Assembly: GCA_038206915.1 (NCBI GenBank)
Contig: JBBRAI010000002.1
Span: forward strand, 5,510-69,509
Length of the DNA: 64,000 bases
Direction of reading: 5' to 3'
Source of the DNA: Burkholderiales bacterium
GTDB lineage: Bacteria > Pseudomonadota > Gammaproteobacteria > Burkholderiales > SG8-39
Part shown: piece by piece, positions 19,892 to 29,535 of the stretch
Position numbering within the stretch: the stretch's first letter is position 1
Layout: each line of letters opens with the position of its first letter
Notes under the pieces: generated by a model
What the model saw: only the letters and a program-made list of their open reading frames with translations
The model's database searches: none
Told to the model about the DNA's origin: nothing
Position numbers and translations under genes: made by a program

Positions 19892-20634
19892 GCGACGCGG
19901 TCATCGACGTGCGCGGCGTCACCAAGGCCTTCGGCGGGGTGGTGGCCAACGATGACGTGTCGCTCAAGGTCATGCCTGGCGAAATCACCGGGCTGATCGG
20001 TCCGAACGGTTCGGGCAAGACCACGCTGTTCAATTCGATCGTCGGGCAGTATCCGATCGACGGCGGATCGATCCTGTTCGAAGGCCGGGAGATTTCGCAC
20101 CTGCCGGTGCAGCAGATCGCGCGGCTGGGACTGCTGCGCACGTTCCAGCAGACGCGCATATTCTCGAAAATGGACTGCATTCAGAACCTGCTGATATCGC
20201 TGTCGCACCGGGAGCATGCGTGGCAGAACATGTTCGGACGCTATGCACCCGAGCTGATCGAAAAGGCCGAGCACCTGCTCGAGTTCGTGGGTCTGTATTC
20301 CAAGCGCATGTTGGTTGCCGGAACCCTGTCCTTCGGGCAGCAGAAGCTGCTCGAATTTGCGATGGCGCTGATGAACGAGCCCAAAGTGCTGCTGCTCGAT
20401 GAGCCTACCGCCGGCATCAATCCCACCTTGATCAACGGGCTGATCGATCGCCTCAAGCGCGCCAACCAGGAGTTCGGCATCACGCTGTTCGTGATCGAGC
20501 ACAATATGCGCGTGATCATGAATCTCGCGAACCACATCTACTGCATGTCGCACGGCGAAATGCTCGCCAGCGGTCCGCCCGACGAGATCCGCGACGACCA
20601 GCGCGTGGTTGACGCTTACCTCGGAGCGCATTGA
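19888..20634 (+). CDS. ABC transporter ATP-binding protein (LivG-like)
   Basis: The start is MSDAVIDVRGVTKAFGG. Walker A is GPNGSGKTT, the signature is LSFGQQK and Walker B is LLLDEP. Confidence 0.9.
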   Translation: MSDAVIDVRGVTKAFGGVVANDDVSLKVMPGEITGLIGPNGSGKTTLFNSIVGQYPIDGGSILFEGREISHLPVQQIARLGLLRTFQQTRIFSKMDCIQNLLISLSHREHAWQNMFGRYAPELIEKAEHLLEFVGLYSKRMLVAGTLSFGQQKLLEFAMALMNEPKVLLLDEPTAGINPTLINGLIDRLKRANQEFGITLFVIEHNMRVIMNLANHIYCMSHGEMLASGPPDEIRDDQRVVDAYLGAH

Positions 20635-20635
20635 C

Positions 20636-21505
20636 GTGGCCGGCGCAGAGACGCGTGCCGGCGGCTACCACGAGGGTGCGGTCGATGTGGTCCTGTCAGT
20701 CGACGATGTGGCGCGCCAGGCGGAAGAGCTACGCTCCGAAATTCCCGAGTCGGATCTGAAGGCGCTTGCCGGCAACGAGCCGTTCCTTTCGATCAGGAAC
20801 CTGCGCGCCGGATACGGCAACATGGAGATCCTGCACGATTTCACTTTGCATGTCGGCCGCGGCCAGTCCCTGTGCCTGATCGGCCCTAATGGGGCTGGAA
20901 AATCGACCGTGTTGCATTCGGTCTACGGGTTTACGCAGATTTACGGCGGTGAAATAACGGTCGGATCCGGCAGCGACAAGCGCGACATCACGCACCTGAC
21001 TTCCGAGCGCAAGCTGAAGGACGCGCGTGTCGCCTATATCCTGCAGGACAAATCGGTGTTCCCGAACATGACGGTCGAGGAGAACCTGCTGATGGGAGGC
21101 TACCTGCTGAACTCCCATGCGAAGGCGAAAGCCGCCGCGGAGCGCGTGTTCGACAAGTACAGCCGCCTCGCCGCGCGTCGCAACCACGCTGCCAAGGTGC
21201 TTTCGGGCGGCGAACGGCGCCTGCTGGAGATCTCGCGCGCCCTGGTGATGGAGCCCGAGGTGCTGCTGGTCGACGAACCTTCGATCGGCCTGGAGCCGCG
21301 CTTCATCGACATGGTGTTCGAAATCCTGCACGACCTGCAGCACCGCGACGGCAAAACCATCCTCATGGTCGAGCAGAACGCCAAGAAGGGACTGGAATTC
21401 GCCGATATCGGCTATGTGCTGGTATCGGGCGAGACAGCGATGGCTGCAACTGGGGACGAGCTGCTGGAAAATCCCGACGTCGGCCGGCTGTTCCTCGGCG
21501 GCTGA
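20636..21505 (+). CDS. ABC transporter ATP-binding protein (LivF-like) with an N-terminal extension
   Basis: Walker A is GPNGAGKST, the signature is LSGGERR and Walker B is LLVDEP. The start is uncertain: either TTG at 20609 or the in-frame GTG at 20636 just after the LivG stop. Confidence 0.8.
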   Translation: MAGAETRAGGYHEGAVDVVLSVDDVARQAEELRSEIPESDLKALAGNEPFLSIRNLRAGYGNMEILHDFTLHVGRGQSLCLIGPNGAGKSTVLHSVYGFTQIYGGEITVGSGSDKRDITHLTSERKLKDARVAYILQDKSVFPNMTVEENLLMGGYLLNSHAKAKAAAERVFDKYSRLAARRNHAAKVLSGGERRLLEISRALVMEPEVLLVDEPSIGLEPRFIDMVFEILHDLQHRDGKTILMVEQNAKKGLEFADIGYVLVSGETAMAATGDELLENPDVGRLFLGG

Positions 21506-21521
21506 CGCCGCCGCGCCTTGC

Positions 21522-22313
21522 CTAGCTCCTGAACCGGCGCAGGTAGTCCATGGCCGCGATCGCGCGGCTGCCGTACCAGGAAGTCATTTCGCCGTCGATC
21601 CGCGCCACCGTCTTGCCGTACAGCGCGGGCAGGGCCTGCAGTTCGGCGGCGTCGCGCTCGCGAAACCGATACGGCTCGCTCGGCAGCAGCACCAACTCCG
21701 CATCGCGCAAGTTCGCGTCGTCCAGCTTTAGCTCCGGATAGCGCGCCGTCGCGGTCTCCGGCAGGGTGTCCAAACCGGCCAGCGCGAGCGTACGCGAGAT
21801 GTAGGTGTCGCGCGTAACCGTCATCCACGGGTCTTTCCAGATCAGGTACAGCACGCGCTGCCGCGGCCAGGCGCGCGACGCGCGGACCAGTGCGGCCAGC
21901 GCCGGCTCAAACTGCGCGCACAGCGCCTCGGCCTCGCGTTCGCGGCCGAAGATTCCGCCGATCAGGCGGTAAAGTGCGGGATTGTCCTGCGGGCCGAGCG
22001 GATGGGTGACGATCAGATGCGGCACGAACTGCGCCAGCGCCGCCGCCGTCGGCTTTTCGTTCTCGTCGATGTTCAGTAGCACGTGCGAGGGCGCCAGCGC
22101 GCGCACTTTCGCCAGGTTCACGTCCTTCGTGCCGCCAAGCTTGGGTATGCGCCTCAGGATCTCGCGCGGATGCACGCAAAAGCCGCTGCGGCCCACCAGC
22201 TGCGCGGCAAGCCCCAGGTCGCAGACCAGTTCGGTGAGCGAGGGCACCAGTGAAACGATGCGCGCCGAAGCGTGCGCACGCTGGTGCTGCGTGCCGGCGG
22301 CATCGCGCCACAT
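21522..22313 (-). CDS. helical-backbone metal receptor / BtuF-like periplasmic-binding-fold protein (no obvious signal peptide)
   Basis: ORF 21522..22373 trimmed to MWRDAAG. The sequence IVSLVPSLTELVCDLGL...LLNIDENEKP...LIWKDPWMTV matches the class III PBP (cobalamin/iron-siderophore binding) pattern. Confidence 0.6.
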   Translation of the reverse strand: MWRDAAGTQHQRAHASARIVSLVPSLTELVCDLGLAAQLVGRSGFCVHPREILRRIPKLGGTKDVNLAKVRALAPSHVLLNIDENEKPTAAALAQFVPHLIVTHPLGPQDNPALYRLIGGIFGREREAEALCAQFEPALAALVRASRAWPRQRVLYLIWKDPWMTVTRDTYISRTLALAGLDTLPETATARYPELKLDDANLRDAELVLLPSEPYRFRERDAAELQALPALYGKTVARIDGEMTSWYGSRAIAAMDYLRRFRS

Positions 22314-22320
22314 CGCCGCA

Positions 22321-23088
22321 TCAACCTGCCGGATCGCGCGGCTTGCGCGGCGCGCGCGCAAACAGCTGGTCATACAGCCAGTTCGGCATGCGCCGCAGAA
22401 GGAAAAACACCAGGCGCAACTGCCAGGGAATGATCGCGAGACGCTTTTTCGCAGTAATGGCGCGGGCGATGCGCCGTGCCGCCTCGGGCGCCTGCAGCAG
22501 GAACGGCATCGGATTGCGGTTGCGCGCGGTCAGCGGCGTGGCGACGAAGCCGGGGCAGATGGTGAGCACGTCGACGCCGCTGCCGTACAGCTCCAGGCGC
22601 AGCGACTCGAGCCAGGTGATCGCCGCAGACTTGGACGCGCAGTAGGCGCCGGCGCCGGCCAGGCCGCGAAAGCCGGCGACGCTGGCGATGCCGACCAGCG
22701 TGCCGCTGCCGCGCTCGCGCATGGGCGCGATGAACGGCTGCAGCGTCGCCGCGAGGCCGGTCACATTGGTCTGCAGGATGCGCGCGAGCACCGCGATGTC
22801 GTCGGCGAGTTCGGAACGGGTGCCGGCGCTGATGCCGGCATTGGCGATGACGATATCGGGCAGGCCGTGGCGCGCGATGAACGCGTCCGCTGCCGCAGTG
22901 AGCGCGGCGGTGTCGGTGACGTCGAGCGCGTAGACGCTGGCCTGACTCGGCAGGGAATCGGCCAGCGCCCGCAGCTGCTTCATGCGCCGCGCGACCAGCC
23001 CGAGCATCGCGCCATGCGCCGCATAATGCCGCGCCAGCGCTTCGCCGATGCCGCTGGAAGCGCCGGTAATGAATACCGTGAGCGGCAC
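22321..23088 (-). CDS. SDR family oxidoreductase
   Basis: It has the TGASSGIG cofactor motif and the YCASK catalytic motif. Confidence 0.85.
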   Translation of the reverse strand: MPLTVFITGASSGIGEALARHYAAHGAMLGLVARRMKQLRALADSLPSQASVYALDVTDTAALTAAADAFIARHGLPDIVIANAGISAGTRSELADDIAVLARILQTNVTGLAATLQPFIAPMRERGSGTLVGIASVAGFRGLAGAGAYCASKSAAITWLESLRLELYGSGVDVLTICPGFVATPLTARNRNPMPFLLQAPEAARRIARAITAKKRLAIIPWQLRLVFFLLRRMPNWLYDQLFARAPRKPRDPAG

Positions 23089-23098
23089 ACCGGCGCCG

Positions 23099-23740
23099 CT
23101 ATTTCCCGTGTTCCTTGCGCGCCAGTTCGACCAGTTGCTGCAGCACCTGTATCAGCTCGCTGGTGCCGCCGGTCATGCGCGCCGAAGTGAGGAACTTGCC
23201 GTCGACGACGATGCTCGGGACGCCCTTGATATCGAGTGCCTTCATAAGCACGCGCGCCGTGGCGAGTTTCTCCTGCACCTGCGGCGAGTCGTAGATGGAA
23301 AGAAATTTCTGTTTGTCGAGGCCGTTGTGCGCGACCCAGGTTGCCGCGACCTGCTCGTCGTTGAGCTTCAGGCCGTTGAAGTGGAAATTGTCATAGACCG
23401 GCCAGTGCAGGCGCCCGAGCTGGCCCATGGCGTCCAGCGTGTAGAACAACTTGGCGAAATTGTCCCAATTGTCCGAGGACAGCGCAGGCACGCGGCGCAG
23501 CAGGACCGTGCCCGGCCCGTTGAAATACCAGCGCGAAAGCTTCGGCTCGAGTTCGTAGCATACCGGACAGCCGTAGTAGAAAAACTCGATGACCTCTATC
23601 TTGTCGCCGCTCACCACCGGATACGGCTTGTCGAGCCGGATGTAGTCGCGGCCGAGCTCGAGCGCGGCCGGCGCCTGGGCCTGGGCGCCCGCCGCAAAGG
23701 CAAGCAACAGCACCGCCAGCGCGCTTCTGAAGAATTTCAT
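23099..23740 (-). CDS. dsbA: thiol:disulfide interchange protein DsbA family (CPVC active site)
   Basis: ORF 23099..23818 trimmed to MKFFRSALAVLLLAFAAGAQA (signal peptide). The active-site region reads FFYYGCPVCY, with GVPSIVVDGKF further on. Confidence 0.85.
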   Translation of the reverse strand: MKFFRSALAVLLLAFAAGAQAQAPAALELGRDYIRLDKPYPVVSGDKIEVIEFFYYGCPVCYELEPKLSRWYFNGPGTVLLRRVPALSSDNWDNFAKLFYTLDAMGQLGRLHWPVYDNFHFNGLKLNDEQVAATWVAHNGLDKQKFLSIYDSPQVQEKLATARVLMKALDIKGVPSIVVDGKFLTSARMTGGTSELIQVLQQLVELARKEHGK

Positions 23741-23836
23741 GGTTGTTTTCCCCGGGCTCAAGCTTGAAGTGGGAATGATATGCTTATCCAGCCGGGTTTG
23801 CCCAGACGCGCGCCACAATGCGTCAGGCGACCCGGC

Positions 23837-24481
23837 CTATTTCTTCTGCGCCGCCTTGCCGCCGGTCTTGCGCTCCTGCTCGACCAGGAAATCGGCGACG
23901 GAGAGCAGTTGCTCGAACGATCGGATGTTATCCGTGTTGACGACGTACTTGCCGTTCACCGCCAGCGAGGGCACGCCGTCGATCTTGTAGGATTGCGTGA
24001 GCTGCGCGGCGCGCTTCAACTGGCTCTCCACGCTGAACGAGTGGTAGGCGGCGGTGAATTTCTTCGCGTCCACGCCGTGCTTTCCCGCCCATTCTGTAAT
24101 CGCCGCTTCGTTTCCAACCCTGAGCCTGGCGCCGGTGTGCACCGCGTCGAACAGTTCCTTGTGCAGGCGCTCCTCCGCGCCGATCGCATCGAGCGCGTAG
24201 TAGGCGCGTGCGCCCTGCGCATATTCCTCGTTGAACATGGCCGGGACGCGGCGGAAATGCACGTCCTTGGGCAGCTTCTTCACCCAGGGCTCGAGCACCG
24301 GCTCGAAATTGTAGCAATGCGGGCAGCCGTACCAGAAGAACTCGATGACTTCAATCCTCCCCGGAACATCGGTGGCCATGGCAGGGGAAAGCAGACGATA
24401 TTCGACGCCCGCGGTGGGCTCGGCCTGCGCCAGGCCCGCGGCGAAAAACACAAACAAAGACATTGCCAGCCGTTTCAACAT
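23837..24481 (-). CDS. dsbA: thiol:disulfide interchange protein DsbA (CPHC active site)
   Basis: ORF 23837..24994 trimmed to MLKRLAMSLFVFFAAGLAQA. The active-site region reads FFWYGCPHCY, with GVPSLAVNGKY further on. Confidence 0.9.
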   Translation of the reverse strand: MLKRLAMSLFVFFAAGLAQAEPTAGVEYRLLSPAMATDVPGRIEVIEFFWYGCPHCYNFEPVLEPWVKKLPKDVHFRRVPAMFNEEYAQGARAYYALDAIGAEERLHKELFDAVHTGARLRVGNEAAITEWAGKHGVDAKKFTAAYHSFSVESQLKRAAQLTQSYKIDGVPSLAVNGKYVVNTDNIRSFEQLLSVADFLVEQERKTGGKAAQKK

Positions 24482-24507
24482 TTGATTCTCCCAGTAAAAT
24501 CCGGCGC

Positions 24508-25086
24508 TCAGCGCGCGTCGGTATCCTTGATTTTGACCAGCGAGGCCTCGATTCCGTTCTGCGCAAGCGTCTGGCGTAGGCGGTTTATTTCGTCCACCTT
24601 GGAATAAGGCCCCACGCGCACCCGGTACCAGGTGCCCTTTCCGGACAGGTCGATCGGCTCGACGCTCGCCTCCACCCCGATCAACGCGAGTCGGGCCTTC
24701 AGGTTGTCTGCGTCTGCCGGATTCTGGAACGCTCCAACCTGCAACAGATAGTTTCCCGTGGGCGCGCCCGCTTTGGCGGCCTGCTTGATCTGCTGCTCGG
24801 TAACCGGTTCCTCGGCGCCAGGCAGGATCTTGTAGAACTCGAAGCGCGGTTTCTCCACCTGCTGCGTGGTCTTTTCGTCCGGTTTGACGCCGGCCTTGCC
24901 CGGTTCCACTACAGTCTTCTCCGGTGGTTTCGCTTTGGTGAGGAAGGGAATCGGGGTCTTGTTCATGTACCAGGCAACCCCGACCGCAATGCACAGGCCG
25001 AGAATCAGGCCGATGAATATCCCGATCAGCGTGCTGCCGCCGCTTTTCCTGTTCGCCGCTGCTCTAGGTTTCTTGTCTTTGGCCAT
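24508..25086 (-). CDS. SPOR domain-containing cell-division protein
   Basis: It has an N-terminal basic segment, one TM helix, a low-complexity linker and a C-terminal SPOR domain (YLLQVGAFQNPADADNLKARLALIG...WYRVRVGPY). Confidence 0.8.
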   Translation of the reverse strand: MAKDKKPRAAANRKSGGSTLIGIFIGLILGLCIAVGVAWYMNKTPIPFLTKAKPPEKTVVEPGKAGVKPDEKTTQQVEKPRFEFYKILPGAEEPVTEQQIKQAAKAGAPTGNYLLQVGAFQNPADADNLKARLALIGVEASVEPIDLSGKGTWYRVRVGPYSKVDEINRLRQTLAQNGIEASLVKIKDTDAR

Positions 25087-25196
25087 CTGGAACTCGTTGC
25101 AAAATAAGGGAGTCAGGACGGGAACAGAAGCGTCTCATTCCTGTCCACTCAAACTCGTCGTAGCGGGTGCCGTCCCGGTCGGGCATGAAACGGCAT

Positions 25197-26843
25197 TCAC
25201 ATCTTTTCCGGCGCGCTCACGCCCAGCAGCGCAAGTCCGTTCTGCAGCACCTGGCGCACGGCAAGGATCAGCGCCAGGCGCGCCAGCCGGAGCTTTTCGT
25301 CGGCGACGAGCACGCGCTCGGCATTATAGTAGCTGTGGAACTCCCCTGCCAGTTCGCGCAGGTAGAACGCCACCACATGCGGCGCATAGTCGGTCGCGGC
25401 CTCGGCCAGCAGTTCGGGAAATTCCGCCAGGCGCTGCGCCAGCGCGAGTTCGCGCTCGAGCGCCAGCGGCGCGAGATCGGCGCCGCTCAGCGCATCCAGT
25501 TGCGCGCCGGCCTGCGCCAGCACCGAACAGATGCGCGCATGCGCATACTGCACGTAATACACCGGATTGTCCTCGGTCTTCGACTTGGCGAGGTCGATGT
25601 CGAACACGAACTCGGTGTCGGCCTTGCGCGAAACCAGGAAAAAACGCACCGCGTCGCGTCCCACCTCGTCGATCAGGTCGCGCACCGTGACATAGCTGCC
25701 GGCGCGCTTGGACAGCTTCACCTCCTCGCCGCCTTTCATCACCGTCACCATTTTGTGCAGCACGTAGTCGGGGTAGCTGGGCGGGATGGCAGCCCCGGCC
25801 ACCGCCCCCAGCGCCTGCAGACCGGCGCGCACGCGCGCCACCGTGCCGTGATGGTCCGATCCCTGAATGTTGACTGCATGATTGAAGCCGCGCTGCCACT
25901 TGTTCACGTGATAGGCGACGTCGGGCACGAAATAGGTGTGGCTGCCGTCGGACTTGCGCATCACGCGGTCCTTGTCGTCGCCGTAGTCGGTGGTCTTGAG
26001 CCACAGCGCGCCGTCCTGTTCGTAGGTCTTGCCCGAGGCGATCAGCGCGCTTACCGTCGCCTCGACCTTGCCGTCGGAATAGAGCGAGGACTCCAGGTAG
26101 TAGTTGTCGAATTTCACGCCGAAAGCCCTGAGGTCTTCGTCCTGCTCGCGCCGCAGCGCGCCGACCGCGAATTTGCGCACCGCTGCGAGATCGCCGGGAT
26201 CGGCACCCGCGGCGAGATAATCCGCGGCAATCTCGCGTATGTACGTGCCGTGATAACCGGATTCGGGGAAGTTCGCCGGCTCGCCGCGCTGTTCGCGCGC
26301 GCGCGCCTGCACCGACAGCGCGAGATTGTCGATCTGCGCGCCGGCGTCGTTGTAATAGAACTCGCGCGTTACCTTCCAGTCTTGCGCTTCGAGCAGTGCC
26401 GATATCGCGTCGCCGAGCGCCGCCTGGCGCCCGTGGCCGACGTGCAGCGGCCCGGTGGGGTTGGCCGAAACGAACTCGACCAGGATCGCGCGGCCGCTCC
26501 CGGCGCGCGCGCGACCGTAGCTCGCGCCCGCCGCAAGTACCTGGCGCACCGCTTCCAGCTTTGCCTGCGGCTTGAGGCGCAGGTTGATGAAACCCGGCCC
26601 GGCAATTTCGGCGCGCTCCAGCCAGGGCGATGCGGGCAGGCCGCCGATCAGCGCCTGCGCCAGTTCGCGCGGATTGCGCTTGAGCTGCTTCGCCAGCTGC
26701 ATCGCGACGTTGCACGCCCAGTCGCCGTGCGCGGCCTGCTTCGGACGCTCGAGCGCAATGGCCGACGCAGGCGATTGCGGCGCCACGCGCGCAAGCGACT
26801 GCGTCAACAGCTCGATTAGATGCGATTTAATCTCAGCGGACAA
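25197..26843 (-). CDS. argS: arginine--tRNA ligase
   Basis: The 548-aa ORF has the class I HIGH motif region [14 protein letters not shown], the MSKR-equivalent KLSKRAG, and a C-terminal anticodon-binding domain. Confidence 0.95.
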   Translation of the reverse strand: MSAEIKSHLIELLTQSLARVAPQSPASAIALERPKQAAHGDWACNVAMQLAKQLKRNPRELAQALIGGLPASPWLERAEIAGPGFINLRLKPQAKLEAVRQVLAAGASYGRARAGSGRAILVEFVSANPTGPLHVGHGRQAALGDAISALLEAQDWKVTREFYYNDAGAQIDNLALSVQARAREQRGEPANFPESGYHGTYIREIAADYLAAGADPGDLAAVRKFAVGALRREQDEDLRAFGVKFDNYYLESSLYSDGKVEATVSALIASGKTYEQDGALWLKTTDYGDDKDRVMRKSDGSHTYFVPDVAYHVNKWQRGFNHAVNIQGSDHHGTVARVRAGLQALGAVAGAAIPPSYPDYVLHKMVTVMKGGEEVKLSKRAGSYVTVRDLIDEVGRDAVRFFLVSRKADTEFVFDIDLAKSKTEDNPVYYVQYAHARICSVLAQAGAQLDALSGADLAPLALERELALAQRLAEFPELLAEAATDYAPHVVAFYLRELAGEFHSYYNAERVLVADEKLRLARLALILAVRQVLQNGLALLGVSAPEKM

Positions 26844-26940
26844 GGAGAGAGGTTTGCGGCGGGAAAAAGTTGCGTATTATACCTTGAAGGTCGCGGCCGA
26901 CCCCGCGGCGACCGGCACGCGCCGCCGGCTTAGCGGTTGT

Positions 26941-26968
26941 AACAAAACGAGGGGGGACCTCCCCTCGT
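26941..26968 (-). terminator. rho-independent terminator downstream of priA
   Basis: On the minus strand the stem acgagggg/cccctcgt (8+ bp) is followed by TTTTGTT. It lies 54 nt after the priA stop. Confidence 0.65.
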
Positions 26969-27021
26969 GCTCCGCTAAATCTGCCGCAACAAAATGACTT
27001 TTGTTACGGGTTCTTAAGAGG

Positions 27022-29202
27022 TCAAAACTCGATCGGATCCACGTCCAGATGCCAGCGCACCGCGCGCTGCGGCAGCGCATACAGCTTCGCGCTCCAGTCG
27101 GCCAGATACGTCTGCAGCCGCTTGCGCGAGGTCGATTGCAGCAGCAGCTGCGCACGTTCGCGCTCGGCCAGGCGCGTCACGCTCATCGCCACCGGATCGT
27201 AATGCGTGACGCCGTCCGGCGGCGTGCCTGCCAGCGCGGCCGCCTCACGCAGGAAGCGCAGCGCGGTGCCGAGTTCCGCCGCTTCGGCGCGCAGCACCGC
27301 TTCGAACACGTAGGGCGGAAAGCCCGCCTGCTCGCGTTCGGCGAGCAGTGTGCGCGCGAAGCCCGCATAGTCGTGCTGCGCCAGCGCCTGATACAGCGGA
27401 TGCCGCGGATATTGAGTCTGGATCAGGACTTCGCCGGGCAGGCCGGCGCGTCCGGCGCGCCCCGCGACCTGCATCAGCTGCGCGAACAGCCGCTCCGGCG
27501 CACGATAGTCGGCCGAATACAGCGCACTGTCCGCGTTGAGTACCGCGACCAGCGTCAGCTTGGGGAAGTCGTGGCCTTTCGCCAGGATCTGAGTGCCGAC
27601 GAGGATGTCGGCGCGTCCGCCATGGATATCGCCCAGCATGCGCGAGAAACTGCCCTTGTTGCGGGTGCTGTCCCGGTCCACGCGCAGTACGCGCGCCTGC
27701 GGGAAGCGCGCCGCGAGCGTCGCCTCCAGCCGCTGGGTGCCGCGGCCGAACGGATGGATGTCGGCGTTGCCGCAGTTCGGGCAGTGGCGCGGGACCGGCG
27801 CGCTGGCGCCGCAGTGGTGGCAGCGCAGCTGCCGGTCAGCGAGGTGCAGCACCATGCGGGTGGAGCAGCGCGTGCAGCCGCTCACCCAGTCGCAGGCCGG
27901 ACACATCAACACCGGCGCGTAACCGCGCCGGTTCAGGAACACCAGGCTCTGCTCGCCGCGCGCGAGGCGCTCGGCGAGCGCCTCCAGCACCGGCGGCGCG
28001 AGCCCGTCTTCCAGCTTGTGTTTGCGCATGTCCACGGCATGCACCTGCGGTAACTGAGCCTGCGCCACGGCGCGCTGCGACAGCTGCAGCAGGCGATAGC
28101 GGCCGGAGAGGGCGTGCGCATAGGTCTCCAGCGCCGGCGTGGCCGAACCGAGCACGACCGGGATGCCCGCCTGGCGCGCGCGGAATATCGCCACGTCGCG
28201 CGCCGAGTAGCGCAGCCCATCCTGCTGCTTGAAAGACGCATCCTGTTCCTCGTCGACCACGATCAGACCCAGCCGTGGCAGCGGCACGAACACCGCGAGC
28301 CGGGTGCCCAGAACGATCGCGGCGGCGCCGCTCTGCGCCTGCAGCCAGTGTTGCGTGCGCTCGCCGTCGGCGAGGCCGCTGTGCAGGCTTACCAGCGGCG
28401 TGTCCGGAAAGCGCTCGGCAAACTCCTGCGTCAGTCGCGGCGTGAGGTTGATTTCGGGCACCAGCACCAGCGCCTGTTTGCCCTCAGCGAGCGCGCGCGC
28501 GATCAGGCGCAGGTAGATTTCGGTCTTACCGCTGCCGGTGACGCCGTGCAGCAGAAACACGGCGTAGCCCGGTGCGCCATCATGAATCTGCTGCAGCGCC
28601 TGCTGCTGCTCGGTATTGAGCGCGAGCTTTTCGACGAAGCGGCCGGCGGCAAACTGCGCGGGCGGCACATGGCGCTCGATCCATCCGTCGCCAGCCATTT
28701 CGGCCAGGGCTTTCTTTGCGCCCGGACTTTGCGCCTGCAGCTGCGTTTCGCTGCAGTCCGACTGCAGCAGCGCCTGCAGCAGCGCTCGCTTGAGCCGCGT
28801 GCGCGCCGGCAATAGCGTAAGCGCCGAACGCCCGGCGCTGTTGATGCGGTACGCAGCCGCCTGCTTGAGCGATGGCGCGGCATCGGCCTTGCGCAGTTGC
28901 CGCGGCAGGCCGTTGAAGATGACCTCGCCCAGGGGCCGGTGATAGTAGCCGCTGCAGAATTGCGCCAGCTCCAGCCAGTCGCGCCCCAGCGCCGGGACCT
29001 CGCGCAGGACGCGCAGGGCGGGCTTCAGCTTCGCGGCGTCCACAGTGGAGGTTTCGGCAATGCCGATGATCAGGCCGACGGCATGTTTGTTGCCGAAGGG
29101 AACCAGCACGCGCATGCCGATGTCGGATGGGCCCGCCGCGTCGCAGCGGTAATCGAATACGCGCGGCAGGGGCAGATCGAGGGCGACGCGCAAAATGCTC
29201 AT
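27022..29202 (-). CDS. priA: primosomal replication protein N' (PriA helicase)
   Basis: The 726-aa ORF has Walker A GVTGSGKTE, DEEQD, and the Cys-rich zinc-binding insert CPACDWVSGCTRCSTRMVLH...CHHCG...CPNCG. Confidence 0.95.
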   Translation of the reverse strand: MSILRVALDLPLPRVFDYRCDAAGPSDIGMRVLVPFGNKHAVGLIIGIAETSTVDAAKLKPALRVLREVPALGRDWLELAQFCSGYYHRPLGEVIFNGLPRQLRKADAAPSLKQAAAYRINSAGRSALTLLPARTRLKRALLQALLQSDCSETQLQAQSPGAKKALAEMAGDGWIERHVPPAQFAAGRFVEKLALNTEQQQALQQIHDGAPGYAVFLLHGVTGSGKTEIYLRLIARALAEGKQALVLVPEINLTPRLTQEFAERFPDTPLVSLHSGLADGERTQHWLQAQSGAAAIVLGTRLAVFVPLPRLGLIVVDEEQDASFKQQDGLRYSARDVAIFRARQAGIPVVLGSATPALETYAHALSGRYRLLQLSQRAVAQAQLPQVHAVDMRKHKLEDGLAPPVLEALAERLARGEQSLVFLNRRGYAPVLMCPACDWVSGCTRCSTRMVLHLADRQLRCHHCGASAPVPRHCPNCGNADIHPFGRGTQRLEATLAARFPQARVLRVDRDSTRNKGSFSRMLGDIHGGRADILVGTQILAKGHDFPKLTLVAVLNADSALYSADYRAPERLFAQLMQVAGRAGRAGLPGEVLIQTQYPRHPLYQALAQHDYAGFARTLLAEREQAGFPPYVFEAVLRAEAAELGTALRFLREAAALAGTPPDGVTHYDPVAMSVTRLAERERAQLLLQSTSRKRLQTYLADWSAKLYALPQRAVRWHLDVDPIEF

Positions 29203-29306
29203 GCGCCGCCGCGGGAGAGAATTTCGCTGAAGGGAATTACGCGAGCTTTCTGAACCGAATTATCGAGAAACCGCTGCATCACCCTATCGCCAAAGGAGAA
29301 CTCGGG

Positions 29307-29351
29307 TTGTGCACAAATTTTGTGGGTAACTTTGTGAGTAAGTTTGTAATC
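29307..29351. repeat. cluster of DnaA-box-like repeats (ttgtgcacaa / TTTGTGGGTAAC / TTTGTGAGTAAG / TTTGTAATC)
   Basis: Read directly in the AT-richer priA-hemE intergenic region. TGTGGGTAA and TGTGAGTAA are each 1 mismatch from TGTGGATAA. Confidence 0.35.
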
Positions 29352-29535
29352 TGACTGTAACCGATTTTGCCATAAGGAATTTTTGCCGCTGCCCAATTTC
29401 GCGGCAATGAATAAATCGTTATAAATACATAGTATTACGATAGTTTCCCTGGGAGAACCCAGGCATCGCCAGCAAATTCGCGGGGGAGCACGATGTTGTG
29501 CATAAGTCAATGACGGCGCAGCCCCGCGGAAATCC

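Noticed and set aside
23837-24994. A 385-aa extended version of the second DsbA ORF.
   Set aside because: The N-terminal 171 aa overlap the SPOR-domain gene in another frame and are Arg/Gly-rich. The signal-peptide start MLKRLAMSLF at 24481 gives a normal-length DsbA.
29203-29535. The idea that the priA-hemE intergenic region is the chromosomal origin (oriC).
   Set aside because: There are only two or three imperfect DnaA boxes. There is no obvious AT-rich 13-mer unwinding element, and dnaA/dnaN are absent from the window. I kept it only as a low-interest DnaA-box observation.
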